From: Octopus bimaculoides
Lineage: Eukaryota
Assembly (NCBI RefSeq): GCF_001194135.2
Contig: NC_068986.1
Span: 49,875,496-49,939,388, forward strand
Direction: 5' to 3'
DNA length: 63,893 nucleotides
Shown here: positions 63,161-63,893 of the stretch, in pieces
Layout: each line of letters opens with the position of its first letter
How positions within the stretch are numbered: position 1 is the stretch's first letter
Position numbers and translations under genes: made by a program
The notes under the pieces: model-generated
The model's input: only the letters and a program-made list of their open reading frames with translations
The model's database searches: none
Told to the model about the DNA's origin: nothing

Positions 63161-63826
63161 AACATACACATGCAGAGACAGACACAGCAAAGACAGGAAA
63201 AGAATTCAAAACGGGGAAAATAACAAATTCATTAGAAACACTGAATGTGCTTTTAAGAACAAACTATAGTATTTGAGACTGCAAAAGACTTTCCTAAAAA
63301 AATATATGTCGCTCATCACACAAACGCCAAAAGAGGGTGGATCCCCCCCCTCTCTCTCTCTATCTATCTATTTATTTATTTATCTATATCTGTGTGTGTG
63401 TGTGTGTGTGTGTGACTGAGATCAGAGAGAGGTGGGAGAGAAAACCGGAAAAAAGTGAAAAGGTTTGCTAAAACACAAACGGAGAGAAGGTTTACAAATA
63501 TATATAATAATAAACGAAACATCTACAAGTGACTCCACATAGTTGCTGCTACCACCACCACCACACTCTCCAACCATTCCTACTACATGTAAATCTCCGC
63601 CTCCTGTGTACTAAAACGACTACAAATCTCATGAAGGCCACGCCCACTGTTATCACAAAATCAACAGGCATTGAAGTGATCGAGAGAGGAGGAAAGATGG
63701 TATTATTATTATTATTTTTATTATTACTGACACTGAACGTCGAATCTTAATATTTAACGAGTTGAAACAATTACAAATATGTGTGCACGTGTATGTTATA
63801 AAAATATATACGTTGTGTGTGTGTAC

Positions 63827-63868
63827 ATACCTGTCTTCGTCTTTTGGTTTTTTTTTCTAAATTCCAAC
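63827..63868 (+). mobile_element. Penelope-type pseudo-LTR 3' fragment abutting (TA)n
   Basis: ATACCTGTCTTCGTCTTTTGGTTTT..CTAAATTCCAAC(TA)n matches 8815-8852. Confidence 0.7.
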
Positions 63869-63893
63869 TATATATATATATATATATATATAT

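Noticed and set aside
61153-63276. 707-aa ORF and the other long ORFs in the track
   Set aside because: They are open only because of N-runs and (TA)/(CA) microsatellites giving X, YI and HT repeats; they are not genes.

Overview
AT-rich, microsatellite-saturated eukaryotic genomic DNA with 20 N-gaps (about 7.8 kb in total, mostly flanked by (TA)n/(CA)n). The repeat inventory looks like an octopus (coleoid cephalopod) genome; this is my inference and was not checked against a database. I find no recognisable host protein-coding gene, rRNA, true tRNA or CRISPR array, so the window reads as a giant intron or intergenic DNA. The long ORFs in the track are N-run or microsatellite artefacts. What is supported: several tRNA-headed SINE-like families (my labels A, A', B, C); RTE LINE 3' ends and their 3'UTR-type repeats (F, F2); fragments of R4/Dong-like, CRE-like, Tx1/L1-like and CR1/Jockey-group LINEs; a Penelope-like element with GIY-YIG remnant and terminal repeats; two Tc1/mariner transposase remnants (DD41D-like, DD37D-like); hAT, piggyBac and TA-type MITEs; and a DINE-1/HINE-like element. 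The most notable observations are: (1) two minimal hammerhead-ribozyme-like motifs sharing a variant core CUGUUGA in Penelope-type terminal repeats; (2) several long fold-back structures, including a locally inverted-duplicated SINE; (3) a non-coding ~560-bp element (D) that repeatedly sits between two co-oriented C SINEs at (AAT)n tracts; (4) SINE/LINE partner tails visible within the window. Repeat boundaries are hand-estimated (about +/-20 bp) unless a TSD or TIR is quoted.
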